Assembly: GCA_038206355.1 (NCBI GenBank)
Contig: JBBRAY010000017.1
Location: 4,364-68,363 of the forward strand
Length of the DNA stretch: 64,000 nt
DNA from: Bacteroidia bacterium
Lineage (GTDB): Bacteria; Bacteroidota; Bacteroidia; AKYH767-A; 2013-40CM-41-45
Reading direction: 5' to 3'
Made by a program: the position numbers and the translations under genes. Below, in pieces: positions 1 through 9,788 of this stretch. The notes under the pieces are model-generated. The model saw only the letters and a program-made list of their open reading frames with translations. It made no database searches and had not been told where the DNA came from. Numbering within the stretch: position 1 is the stretch's first letter; the number at the start of each line of letters is the position of its first letter.

Positions 1-516
1 AACACGACAACCTGTGCTGTATCGACAGCATGGACGACATCAAGTTCAGTGGATCAGTTTTATACTGCCATGGATAGCGGAGCCACAATGGTCGCTTATT
101 ATGGTGGCTTCGGAATGCCAACTGTAGTTCTTGTGGGCGGACTTGATCACCGGACAATGTTTTCAACGTTGAGTTTCAGTACAAGTGATACCACCATTAT
201 GCGCGATTCTATAATGGCCCTGTATAGTCAGTTGAATGGTGTGAATCAAATCTCTTCCGTGGTTTCCCGGTTTGCGGTTTTTCCAAATCCGGCAACAGAC
301 ATGATAAATATCAATGTTGATCTGAATGAAACAACAGATCTGCTCATTGATATTGCTGATATTACAGGAAAACAAGTGGCACTTGTTATGGATGAAAAAA
401 GTAGCGGAATTGTATCTAAACAATTTGACACCAATTCTCTTGCGAATGGAAGTTACCTTGTACGATTAACTATAAATGGTAAAACCACAACAAGAAAATT
501 AACAGTCAACCATTGA
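1..516 (+). CDS. T9SS C-terminal-sorting-domain protein, 3' fragment (the reading frame is open to the window start, so the gene begins upstream)
   Basis: There is no stop between position 1 and the GTG at 49. The last ~90 aa (VFPNPATDMININVDL...GSYLVRLTINGKTTTRKLTVNH) have the FPNPA...beta-sandwich pattern of T9SS type-A sorting domains. Confidence 0.6.
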   Translation, partial: NTTTCAVSTAWTTSSSVDQFYTAMDSGATMVAYYGGFGMPTVVLVGGLDHRTMFSTLSFSTSDTTIMRDSIMALYSQLNGVNQISSVVSRFAVFPNPATDMININVDLNETTDLLIDIADITGKQVALVMDEKSSGIVSKQFDTNSLANGSYLVRLTINGKTTTRKLTVNH

Positions 517-1217
517 TTTTGAAAAAAATTCTCCAATACATACTATTATCGGTGGCCGGATTTTTTCCGGCTACCGGTAATTCTTTTGGCCAGAACTATT
601 CAATTTCTCCAAATGATTCAGTAGAAATTTCGGGAGTCTTTGAGGACCTGCAAACGCTTATCGTTAATCAAATAAATACGTCAAACGATACACTTCACTT
701 GCAGTGGGAAAAAATAGACGAAAACATTCCACTTCTCTGGGAGGCCTCTGTATGTGATAATTCATTCTGTTATTCTACGCTGGAAGAAAGCGGATACATG
801 GACCCTGTATTGCCGGGGGAGTATGGTTTTTTGCTTTTGCACATCACTCCTCATGTAAATTTCGGCACCTCAGTTATCCGTTATGCTGTATGGGATACCA
901 ATTTTCCATTGGTAAAAGACACACTCACCTATATTCTAAAGGTTGATTCAGCCAATGCAATCGGTGAAGCGGGAAAAGGGACAGGAGTGAAACTATATCC
1001 GAATCCGGCAACAAATTTTATTCACCTTACCGCCGATTGGGAATCCGGATTTTCTTATTCCATCTCTGATTTATCAGGCAAAGAAATCAATATAGGTATT
1101 GCATCCACCGGTTCCATTTCAATTCCTGCAATCAATTTTCAAAACGGAATTTACCAAATTGCAATAACCCGGAAATCAAAAACGACTACCGTTCTGAAAT
1201 TTATGATTCATCATTAA
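513..1217 (+). CDS. Secreted hypothetical protein with T9SS C-terminal sorting domain
   Basis: N-terminal hydrophobic signal-like segment. The C-terminus (KLYPNPATNFIHLTADW...GIYQIAITRKSKTTTVLKFMIHH) is T9SS sorting-domain-like. The start is uncertain (a TTG overlapping the previous stop). Confidence 0.5.
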   Translation: MILKKILQYILLSVAGFFPATGNSFGQNYSISPNDSVEISGVFEDLQTLIVNQINTSNDTLHLQWEKIDENIPLLWEASVCDNSFCYSTLEESGYMDPVLPGEYGFLLLHITPHVNFGTSVIRYAVWDTNFPLVKDTLTYILKVDSANAIGEAGKGTGVKLYPNPATNFIHLTADWESGFSYSISDLSGKEINIGIASTGSISIPAINFQNGIYQIAITRKSKTTTVLKFMIHH

Positions 1218-2948
1218 ATGAAAAAAACATACATACTTTTTTTTATTCTACTATCCGGCAAAATTAATTTTGCACAAAATCCTTTATTCATTCCTCCCGC
1301 ATTAACAGGATCTACTTTTAACCTCAGCATTCAGGATGGCATTACTCAGTTTTACCCCGGGATCAATACACCTACTTATGGCATTAACGGTCCATTACTT
1401 GCCCCAACCCTCATTGTAAATAAATGGGACTGGGTAACAATGAATGTCACAAACAACCTGGCAGGAAACGGAAATTCGACAACCATTCACTGGCACGGAA
1501 TGCACGTACCTGCAATGGATGACGGCGGACCACACCAGGTAATTCTGCAAGGTTCAACATGGAGTCCGGATTTTCAGATCCTGAATTCCGCGGCTACTTT
1601 CTGGTACCATCCACACGGTGAAAATAAAACGGACCGCCACGTTTCTAAAGGCCTTGCCGGGCTGATCATCGTTAAAGACAGTTTGGAAGCATCACTTACA
1701 CTTCCACGCACATATGGCTTAGATGATTTTCCTGTCATTGTTCAATCCAAAGCTTTTGATGTTCTCAATCAGATTGCCATTGCCACTGAAGGCGATACTG
1801 CTGTATGTGTGAATGGAACAATGCATCCATATTTAGATGTTCCTGCTCAGGTTGTCCGATTACGTTTGCTGAACGGCTCTTCAATGCGCTCCTACAATTT
1901 TGGATTCACCGGCAATAAACCATTTAAAATGATTGCCACAGATGCCGGATTGCTTGACAGTGCAATTAACCTGACCAGAATATTATTAAACCCCGGCGAA
2001 AGGGCAGAAATCCTTCTGGACCTCCAGGGCATGATAGGGCAAACAATTTTTTTAAACAGTTACAGTTCCGAATTACCAAATGGTATTTATGGCGCAGCGA
2101 CTGTAACAGGAATGATGGGCGGTACAATTCCAGAATATGATTTAAATCCTTTGAATGGTGCTGACTTTGGAATACTACAGTTAAACGTAGTTGCACAAAC
2201 AGGAAATCCCGTTACCACATTTCCTACGACCCTGGAGTCAAATTATCCATGGACCAACTTCTCCCATTCACGAAATTTCACTTTCGCGCCTGATACAATG
2301 ATGAGTGCACAGGGGCAAGTTGAAGGACCGTTTAATATTAATGGAACACATTTCGACATGGGAGTTATCAATGAAATCACCTATCTCAACACAACAGAAA
2401 AGTGGAGAATCACAAATAACACGGGCATCGCACACCCGTTTCATATGCATGATATGCATTTTTACTTGCTGAATATCAATGGCGGAGTTGTTCCGCCTGA
2501 GTTGCGGGGAAAAAAAGATGTGGTATTGGTAATGCCCATGCAATATGTGGAGTTCATTACCAGGTTTGAAGATTTTGCTGACGACAGTATTCCTTATATG
2601 TATCACTGTCATCTATTACATCATGAAGATGATGGAATGATGGGTTCGTTTGTTGTTGTTGATACGACAGGAACAGCTATTCAGGAGACTGACAGGAACG
2701 CCTTTGAGATTTTCCCGAATCCCGCTTCGGGGTTGATCAGTGTAAAGACAATTACCACCATGAACATTGCAGAAATCAACATTTCCGTTTTTGATATTTC
2801 GGGTAGAAATATAAAATCAAATACGGTCCAGACTTCAGTTGATCAATTCACACTTGATCTTAATGAGATAGAAGATGGGATTTACTTTATCGCACTCAGA
2901 TCCGGAAATATGAATGTCACAAAAAAAATTATTATTCATAAATTATAA
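1218..2948 (+). CDS. Three-domain multicopper oxidase (laccase/CotA/bilirubin-oxidase-like) with T9SS C-terminal sorting domain
   Basis: Copper-ligand motifs HWHGMHV, HPHGEN, HPFHMHDMHF and HCHLLHHEDDGMMG are present. There is a signal peptide. The C-terminus (FEIFPNPASGLISVKT...GIYFIALRSGNMNVTKKIIIHKL) matches the T9SS sorting-domain pattern. Confidence 0.8.
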   Translation: MKKTYILFFILLSGKINFAQNPLFIPPALTGSTFNLSIQDGITQFYPGINTPTYGINGPLLAPTLIVNKWDWVTMNVTNNLAGNGNSTTIHWHGMHVPAMDDGGPHQVILQGSTWSPDFQILNSAATFWYHPHGENKTDRHVSKGLAGLIIVKDSLEASLTLPRTYGLDDFPVIVQSKAFDVLNQIAIATEGDTAVCVNGTMHPYLDVPAQVVRLRLLNGSSMRSYNFGFTGNKPFKMIATDAGLLDSAINLTRILLNPGERAEILLDLQGMIGQTIFLNSYSSELPNGIYGAATVTGMMGGTIPEYDLNPLNGADFGILQLNVVAQTGNPVTTFPTTLESNYPWTNFSHSRNFTFAPDTMMSAQGQVEGPFNINGTHFDMGVINEITYLNTTEKWRITNNTGIAHPFHMHDMHFYLLNINGGVVPPELRGKKDVVLVMPMQYVEFITRFEDFADDSIPYMYHCHLLHHEDDGMMGSFVVVDTTGTAIQETDRNAFEIFPNPASGLISVKTITTMNIAEINISVFDISGRNIKSNTVQTSVDQFTLDLNEIEDGIYFIALRSGNMNVTKKIIIHKL

Positions 2949-2950
2949 GA

Positions 2951-3361
2951 ATGTCACCTAAAAGCTTTTATGCTTCCGGAGTACTTCTCCTTTCAGTCCT
3001 CCTGTGTTCTTGTAAAAAAGAAGACAAATGCACCGGTGGCTCAGGTGGCAATCTCACATTGAAAATATCTCTCGTTCATCAAACTCATGCTATTATTAAT
3101 CTGAAAAACTTTCGGGATACCATTTATATTAAATACAATGCAAAAGAATTTCCCGGAACCGATCCCGCTCTTTATGATGCCGTCGTTATTGGTGACTGGC
3201 CTGCAGATGATGTTCTCATTCCCGGACTGCATTGCGGCGACTATTTTATTTATGGCGTCGGATATGAATCAGTACATGGGTATCGGGTGAGCGGAGGAAT
3301 TCCATTTAGTACCGATCAGAAAGAAGGAGAAAAGTCTTTAACGATACCTGTGTCAGAATAA
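2951..3361 (+). CDS. Hypothetical lipoprotein
   Basis: Lipobox-like LLCSCKK after a hydrophobic N-terminus. It starts 2 nt after the oxidase stop, so it is probably co-transcribed. No recognisable domain. Confidence 0.4.
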   Translation: MSPKSFYASGVLLLSVLLCSCKKEDKCTGGSGGNLTLKISLVHQTHAIINLKNFRDTIYIKYNAKEFPGTDPALYDAVVIGDWPADDVLIPGLHCGDYFIYGVGYESVHGYRVSGGIPFSTDQKEGEKSLTIPVSE

Positions 3362-3411
3362 TTTCTGACCTGATTACAGAATGAAAGAATAAATTTCTAA
3401 AATTAATTCCA

Positions 3412-3981
3412 ATGAAAAAGAAAATAATGTTTATCAGTCTTGCATTTTGTGCATCGACACTAATTTCATGTGCCCAGGCGAAACATGAACAAAAAAGTAA
3501 AGAATCAAAGACATCCGTTGTCTTATTTGAGAACACAAATGAGGAAGTAAAGACTCAAATCAATAATCTGCTTTCGGATTATATTAAACTAAAAGACGCC
3601 CTTGTAGCCGATGATGCAAAGATGACTGCCGTCAATACAAAAGCATTCCGAAAAACACTTGAGTTGATTGAAATGAATAAAATGACCGGCGCTGAGCATA
3701 CTTACTTTATGACGATGCAACCAAAACTTGATTATGATGCAGAACATATTCAAGGAGCACCGAATATAGATCACATGCGCGAACATTTTGCAACCCTATC
3801 CGACAATTTATTTTCTCTCGTGAAAGCATTTAAAGCAAACAATGGCACTGTTATTTATCTGGATCATTGTCCGATGTACGACAAAGGCGCAAACTGGATC
3901 AGCACTGAAGAGTCGATTAGAAATCCTTATTTCGGAAAACAAATGCCTACCTGTGGCAAGGTGACTGAAACACTGAATTAG
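3412..3981 (+). CDS. Periplasmic lipoprotein, DUF3347-like (a family that recurs in Bacteroidota metal-resistance loci)
   Basis: Lipobox LISCAQ. The body is helical, with a C-terminal HCPMY...MPTCGKV cysteine/His/Met segment. The family assignment is from memory of the DUF3347 architecture, not a search. Confidence 0.45.
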   Translation: MKKKIMFISLAFCASTLISCAQAKHEQKSKESKTSVVLFENTNEEVKTQINNLLSDYIKLKDALVADDAKMTAVNTKAFRKTLELIEMNKMTGAEHTYFMTMQPKLDYDAEHIQGAPNIDHMREHFATLSDNLFSLVKAFKANNGTVIYLDHCPMYDKGANWISTEESIRNPYFGKQMPTCGKVTETLN

Positions 3982-4081
3982 CATTTCAATATTTTCCGAA
4001 GAAAATAAAATACATCCATTCCGTTGAATTATTGATTTGATGGAATGATAAATCTATTCTCATTTTAAATATTTTCTATTA

Positions 4082-6424
4082 ATGGTTCGATCGAATAGAA
4101 TATCATTCCCACGGATTTCTAAATACGGGAAAAACTTTTTGCGGCTCGTAATCACATTACAGATTATTTCTTCATATGACTTATCGGCACAAAAGGTTGT
4201 GCGATACGACCTTTTGGTAAAAGACACCATTGTTAATTTTTCGGGAAAACAAAAACGTGCCATTGCAGTGAACGGACAAATCCCAATGCCGACGCTCACA
4301 TTTACAGAAGGAGATACGGCAGAAATATATGTGCACAATGAACTGAACGAAGAAACTTCTCTTCATTGGCATGGCTTGTTTTTGCCGAATCAATTTGACG
4401 GAGTACCAAATCTTACGCAGATGCCAATCAAGGCGCATCACACCCATTTATATAGATTCCCAATCATACAAAACGGTACGCACTGGTACCATAGTCATTC
4501 AGGATTGCAGGAACAGATAGGAATGTATGGATCAATGATCCTTAATAAAAAAGAATCTGATATAACCTATCGTAATGGAATAGATGATTTACCAACAGTT
4601 CCAATTATAATCAGTGAATGGACTGATATGAATCCGAGGCAGGTTCACCGGAGATTACACAATGCCTCCGACTGGTTTGCGATAAAGAAAGGAACCACAC
4701 AAAGTTATGGAGAAGCCATCGTGCAAGGGCATTTCAAAACGAAAGTGGCCAATGAATGGAAACGCATGAATGCAATGGATGTCAGTGATGTCTACTATGA
4801 CAAATTTTTGATCAATGGTCAAAATCATTTTGCACAATCTCAATTCAAGGCTGGAGATAAGGTCCGGTTAAGAATTTCCAATGGTGGTGCTTCAGATTAT
4901 TTCTGGCTTACCTATTCCGGCGGCAGGATTACCGTGGTAGCCACTGATGGTAGTGATGTTGAACCTGTTGAGGTTGACAGACTGATCATCGCCGTTTCAG
5001 AAACCTACGATGTGATTGTTACTGTTCCTGAAAATATGAGTTATGAATTTCTGGTAACGCCCGAAGATAGAACCAAGTCAGCATCTCTTTGGCTCGGATC
5101 AGGCATGAAGATGCCGGCCACACCCTTGCCGAAGTTAAAATATTTTGCCGGAATGAAAATGATGAACGGGATGATGAAGATGAATGGCGATCTTGATGAT
5201 ATGGGAATGAAGATGAGTCTGAATCAGATGGACATGAATAATGTGATGTATCCGGAAATTACAGGAGACGGGAAAAAGAAATCTAAAACGAAATCCGAAG
5301 GTCATGACATGCACAACATGCAAATGGGTGAAGATTCAAATTCCCCGGATGCAATGAAGGATATAGTTACACTGAATTATGCAATGCTGAAATCTCCGGT
5401 TGCCACAACACTTCCATCAGATGCACCGGTGAAGGAATTATTTTTTGAACTTACCGGTAATATGAACCGCTATGTATGGAGTATAAATAATAAAGTAATT
5501 TCCGAGAAAGAAAAAATTCTGATCAGGAAAGGAGAGAATGTACGCATCATATTATACAACAACTCAATGATGCGCCATCCTATGCATTTGCATGGACATG
5601 ACTTCCGCATATTGAATGGACAAGGCGCACATGCACCGTTAAAAAATGTGTTGGACATCATGCCGATGGAAACCGATACGATTGAATTTAACGCCAATGT
5701 TTATGGCGACTGGTTTTTTCATTGCCATATCCTTTATCATATGATGAGCGGTATGGGCAGGATATTCAGTTATGAAAATCAGCCGGCTAATCCTGAAATT
5801 ACAAATCCCGGACTGGCAAAACGGAAATTTATTTCCGAAGACAGGAAATTTCATTTTATGCTGAGTGCAGGAATTGAAACAAACGGCTCCGACGGAGAGG
5901 CAATGTTTGCTAATACCAGATGGAATGCAAAAACCATGTGGCATTTGGGATTTCATTCAGGTCATGGTTATGAAAGTGAAACGATGTTTGGAAGATATTT
6001 TGGAAAAATGCAGTGGCTGTATGCATACACAGGCTTTGATTATCATTACAAGACTGATGGTCCGACGCAGAAAAATTTTGTTGATATGGAGGGAAGCCCG
6101 AAAAATATTTTCGGGAGTGAGGAAATGAACTGGTTTGGGCAACGCAGTGATAAAAATAACAGGCAGACTGCAGTTTTAGGGATTGCTTATACCCTTCCCA
6201 TGTTACTCGTTGCTGACATCAGGGTTGACCTCAATTCCAAACTTCGTTTTCAACTAGCGAGAGAAGATATACCTTTAACCAAAAGATTTCGCGGAAGCAT
6301 CATGTTGAATACGGACAAGGAATACATGATAGGCCTCCACTATATTGCAATGAAACTTATTTCACTTTCAACGCACTATGACAGCGACATGGGTTGGGGT
6401 GCGGGCTTGATGTTTACTTACTGA
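4082..6424 (+). CDS. CopA/CueO-like multicopper oxidase with a methionine-rich segment and a ~230-aa C-terminal extension resembling an outer-membrane CopB-like beta-barrel
   Basis: MCO motifs HWHGL, HWYHSH, HPMHLHGHDF and HCHILYHMMSGM are present. The Met-rich tract (GMKMPATP...GMKMMNGMMKMNGDLDDMGMKMSLNQMDMNN) is typical of periplasmic Cu-resistance CopA. The C-terminal tail has alternating hydrophobic residues and ends in an aromatic residue (..AGLMFTY). Confidence 0.75.
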   Translation: MVRSNRISFPRISKYGKNFLRLVITLQIISSYDLSAQKVVRYDLLVKDTIVNFSGKQKRAIAVNGQIPMPTLTFTEGDTAEIYVHNELNEETSLHWHGLFLPNQFDGVPNLTQMPIKAHHTHLYRFPIIQNGTHWYHSHSGLQEQIGMYGSMILNKKESDITYRNGIDDLPTVPIIISEWTDMNPRQVHRRLHNASDWFAIKKGTTQSYGEAIVQGHFKTKVANEWKRMNAMDVSDVYYDKFLINGQNHFAQSQFKAGDKVRLRISNGGASDYFWLTYSGGRITVVATDGSDVEPVEVDRLIIAVSETYDVIVTVPENMSYEFLVTPEDRTKSASLWLGSGMKMPATPLPKLKYFAGMKMMNGMMKMNGDLDDMGMKMSLNQMDMNNVMYPEITGDGKKKSKTKSEGHDMHNMQMGEDSNSPDAMKDIVTLNYAMLKSPVATTLPSDAPVKELFFELTGNMNRYVWSINNKVISEKEKILIRKGENVRIILYNNSMMRHPMHLHGHDFRILNGQGAHAPLKNVLDIMPMETDTIEFNANVYGDWFFHCHILYHMMSGMGRIFSYENQPANPEITNPGLAKRKFISEDRKFHFMLSAGIETNGSDGEAMFANTRWNAKTMWHLGFHSGHGYESETMFGRYFGKMQWLYAYTGFDYHYKTDGPTQKNFVDMEGSPKNIFGSEEMNWFGQRSDKNNRQTAVLGIAYTLPMLLVADIRVDLNSKLRFQLAREDIPLTKRFRGSIMLNTDKEYMIGLHYIAMKLISLSTHYDSDMGWGAGLMFTY

Positions 6425-6571
6425 ATTCATTTTATAATTTGGCGGTGTGTAAAGCAGCCAGATGATTGAATGAAAACAAATCACTTATGGCTAGAATATT
6501 TTCAAAACGTTTTATTTCCTCTGATTTTTTTTCAGTACGACATAATTTGAAATGGATAAAACTTTTCAAAT

Positions 6572-7852
6572 ATGATTGAAAAAATAATCAGCTGGAGTAT
6601 CAGGCACCGGTACGAGGTGGTTTTGTTCACCTTGTTAACCATTGGGTTTGGCTGGTTTGCCCTAAAAAATACGCCTATTGATGCCATTCCCGATTTATCA
6701 GAAAACCAGGTAATTGTTTTTACGGAATGGATGGGACGCAGTCCGCAATTAATAGAAGACCAGGTTACCTATCCGCTTGTTTCAAATTTGCAAGGCATAC
6801 CGAAAGTAAAAAACATACGCGGCACTTCGATGTTCGGAATGAGTTTCGTTTATCTTATTTTTGAAGATGATGTGGATTTATACTGGGCACGGTCACGTGT
6901 ACTGGAGCGTTTAAATTATGCGCAGCGTTTATTGCCCGAAGGCGTAACCGCCAATCTTGGACCTGACGGCACAGGCGTTGGACATGTTTTCTGGTACACC
7001 ATAAAAGCGCCCGGTCTGGATTTAGGCGAGCAGCGTGCATTACAGGATTGGTACGTTAAGTTTGCTTTACAAACAGTTCCCGGTGTAAGTGAAGTCGCAT
7101 CATTTGGCGGATTTGAAAAACAATTTCAGATCACACTTGATCCTCACAAATTAAATTACTACAACATCCCTATGATGGATGTATTGCGCGCAGCCAAGAG
7201 TAATAACAATGATGTGGGAGGCCGTAAATTTGAAATGAGCAGCATGGCTTATATTATTCGCGGCTTAGGTTACATAAAAAATCTGGAGGATGTAGAAAAC
7301 ATTCCTGTGGGCGTTTATAATTCCGTTCCAGTAAGGATGAAAGATTTGGGAAGCGTACAGATGGGAGGCGCTTTGCGACTCGGCATATTTGATAACAACG
7401 GACAAGGCGAAGCAGTAGGAGGAATTGTGGTGATGCGTTATGGCGAAAACGCTGATAAAGTGATTAATGATGTAAAAGCAAAAATGAAAGATGTTGGCAA
7501 AGGGTTACCCGATGGTGTAACCTTTAATATTGCTTATGACAGAAGCGTGCTGATTGAAAGTGCAATGGAAACATTGAAACGAATTCTAACCGAAGAGATG
7601 ATTATCGTTTCCATTGTAATTATGATTTTTCTTTTTCACCTGCGGAGTTCCCTCATTGTAATTATCACACTACCGATTGCAATTCTCATCAGTTTTATAT
7701 TAATGTATTGGTTTAAGATTTCTTCCAACATCATGTCGCTCTCCGGAATTGCAATTGCAATAGGAGTAATTGTTGATGCCGCCATTGTGATGATTGAAAA
7801 TACACATCGTCATTTATCAGATGCACAAATAAAAAAGGAGGCTGAATTATGA
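6572..7852 (+). CDS. CusA/CzcA-family heavy-metal efflux RND permease, N-terminal 426 aa (the gene is split here by a -1 frameshift)
   Basis: The N-terminus (MIEKIISWSIRHRYEVVLFTLL...IPDLSENQVIVFTEWMGRSPQLIEDQVTYPL) is the canonical CusA start. The ORF ends in an ATGA overlap with the next ORF, which continues the same protein. Confidence 0.85.
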   Translation: MIEKIISWSIRHRYEVVLFTLLTIGFGWFALKNTPIDAIPDLSENQVIVFTEWMGRSPQLIEDQVTYPLVSNLQGIPKVKNIRGTSMFGMSFVYLIFEDDVDLYWARSRVLERLNYAQRLLPEGVTANLGPDGTGVGHVFWYTIKAPGLDLGEQRALQDWYVKFALQTVPGVSEVASFGGFEKQFQITLDPHKLNYYNIPMMDVLRAAKSNNNDVGGRKFEMSSMAYIIRGLGYIKNLEDVENIPVGVYNSVPVRMKDLGSVQMGGALRLGIFDNNGQGEAVGGIVVMRYGENADKVINDVKAKMKDVGKGLPDGVTFNIAYDRSVLIESAMETLKRILTEEMIIVSIVIMIFLFHLRSSLIVIITLPIAILISFILMYWFKISSNIMSLSGIAIAIGVIVDAAIVMIENTHRHLSDAQIKKEAEL

Positions 7853-9780
7853 ATTTGAAATTCTGGAAAAAGCAGCCCAATGATTTACTCTCTAAAGAAG
7901 AACGGAAAGCTATAATTGAAAAATCTTCTCACCAGGTTGGTCGTCCAATATTTTTCTCGACCATCATAATTGTCGTTTCTTTTTTGCCTGTATTTATGCT
8001 TACAGGAATGGAAGGGAAATTATTTCATCCGCTTGCTTATACAAAAACATTTGTATTGCTTGGCTCTGCATTGCTTGCCATCACTATCGTTCCGGTGCTG
8101 ATGATTTTATTTATGAAAGGAAAAGTAAAACCCGAAGGTAGTAATCCGGTTTCGCGTTTTTTTGAAAAATTATACGCTCCAGTTTTGCATTTATGTCTGG
8201 AATGGAAAAAAACAACACTTGCAATTAATGTTGTGGCATTAATCATCGGAATTTTTCTTACCTTGAATTTGGGTTCAGAATTTATGCCCCCGTTGGATGA
8301 AGGCTCTATTTTGCTGATGCCTGTTACCATGCCCGATGTAAGTAACTCCGAAGCAAAGCGCATCATTCAGTTGCAGGACAAAATAATCATGACCGTTCCT
8401 GAAGTGCATCATGTACTTGGTAAAGCAGGTCGTGCAAATACAGCAACCGACAATTCCCCTATCAGCATGATTGAAACAATTATTTTGCTGAAACCAAAAA
8501 CGGAATGGAGAAAAGGAATTTCGAAAGAGGATATTGTGAATGAACTGAATTCGAAATTGCAAATTCCGGGAGTAGTTAACGGCTGGACACAACCTATCAT
8601 CAACCGCATCAATATGCTTTCAACAGGAATCAGAACGGATGTGGGTTTGAAAGTATATGGTCAGAGTTTGGATACGATTTACAAACTTTCGGTGATGATG
8701 AAAAAGGAATTGGAAGATATCCGTGGCGTTAAAGATTTATATGTGGAGCCAATTACCGGAGGAAAATATCTCGACATCAAAATTAAAAAAACGGAAATAG
8801 GAAGATATGGTTTGAGTGAGAACGATGTAAACATGCTGGTGGAATCAGCATTGGGCGGAATGAACCTGACCTCTGTAATTGACGGAAGGCAACGCTTTAG
8901 TGTGAATGCACGGTTTGCACAAAACTTCCGAAACAGCATTGAAGACATCAAACGATTACTCGTCCAGACGCCTTCATATGGTCCGGTGCCCTTGAGTGCA
9001 GTAGCAGACGTTTACATTAGTGAAGGACCACCAATGATAAATTCAGAAAATGCAATGCTCCGCGGAACCGTGTTGTTCAATGTGCGCGACCGCGACCTTG
9101 GCGGCACTGTGAATGAAGCCATGAAAAAATTAAATGACATGGTGCAAAAACTTCCCAAAGGATATTACATCGAATGGAGCGGACAATGGGAAAATCAGGT
9201 GCGTGCAAACAAGCGATTGTCCATCATCATTCCACTTGCGTTGTTATCCATTTTCATACTTTTATTTTACACCTACAGATCGCTGAAAGAAGCCATTATC
9301 ACTTCCATCAGTGTTCCGTTTGCATTGATTGGCGGAGTTTATATTATTTATTTCTACGGAATTAATTTATCCGTTGCTGTTGCAGTGGGATTTATTGCAT
9401 TGCTCGGTGTTGCTGTTGAAACGGGTGTGCTCATGGTAATTTATCTGGATGAAGCAATGATAAAACTCACGGAGGAAAAAGGAAATAACCGTGAGAGTAT
9501 TACCCCGTTGGATATTCGCAAAGCCGTAGTGGCAGGCTCAGTAAAAAGATTGCGACCGAAACTAATGACGGTGGCTGCTGCAATCATGGGATTGATTCCG
9601 ATTTTATTATCGGATGCAACAGGCAGTGATGTAATGCGACCCATAGCACTGCCGATGATAGGCGGAATGGTCACTTCAGCAATACATGTACTGTTAGTTA
9701 CGCCAATTATTTTTTTACTGACAAAGGAATATGAATTTAAGAAACATGGGAAAATTGATGTGCTCAATGCCAAGCATTAA
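7849..9780 (+). CDS. CusA/CzcA-family RND permease, C-terminal 643 aa (continuation after the frameshift)
   Basis: The sequence continues colinearly with CusA (…GRPIFFSTIIIVVSFLPVF…, C-terminal TM bundle, IGGMVTSAIHVLLVTPIIF). The combined 426+643 aa is about the CusA length. Confidence 0.85.
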   Translation: MNLKFWKKQPNDLLSKEERKAIIEKSSHQVGRPIFFSTIIIVVSFLPVFMLTGMEGKLFHPLAYTKTFVLLGSALLAITIVPVLMILFMKGKVKPEGSNPVSRFFEKLYAPVLHLCLEWKKTTLAINVVALIIGIFLTLNLGSEFMPPLDEGSILLMPVTMPDVSNSEAKRIIQLQDKIIMTVPEVHHVLGKAGRANTATDNSPISMIETIILLKPKTEWRKGISKEDIVNELNSKLQIPGVVNGWTQPIINRINMLSTGIRTDVGLKVYGQSLDTIYKLSVMMKKELEDIRGVKDLYVEPITGGKYLDIKIKKTEIGRYGLSENDVNMLVESALGGMNLTSVIDGRQRFSVNARFAQNFRNSIEDIKRLLVQTPSYGPVPLSAVADVYISEGPPMINSENAMLRGTVLFNVRDRDLGGTVNEAMKKLNDMVQKLPKGYYIEWSGQWENQVRANKRLSIIIPLALLSIFILLFYTYRSLKEAIITSISVPFALIGGVYIIYFYGINLSVAVAVGFIALLGVAVETGVLMVIYLDEAMIKLTEEKGNNRESITPLDIRKAVVAGSVKRLRPKLMTVAAAIMGLIPILLSDATGSDVMRPIALPMIGGMVTSAIHVLLVTPIIFLLTKEYEFKKHGKIDVLNAKH

Positions 9781-9788
9781 TTAATAAA

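Noticed and set aside
3982-4081. Intergenic stretches (here and elsewhere) checked for a tRNA, rRNA or other structured RNA gene
   Set aside because: No cloverleaf-compatible segments or GTTCGAATCC-type T-loop were seen anywhere in the window.
6572-9780. Two genuinely separate half-permease genes
   Set aside because: The break is after TM4, not at the TM6/TM7 pseudo-symmetry point, and alignment continuity across the ATGA argues for a frameshifted single gene.
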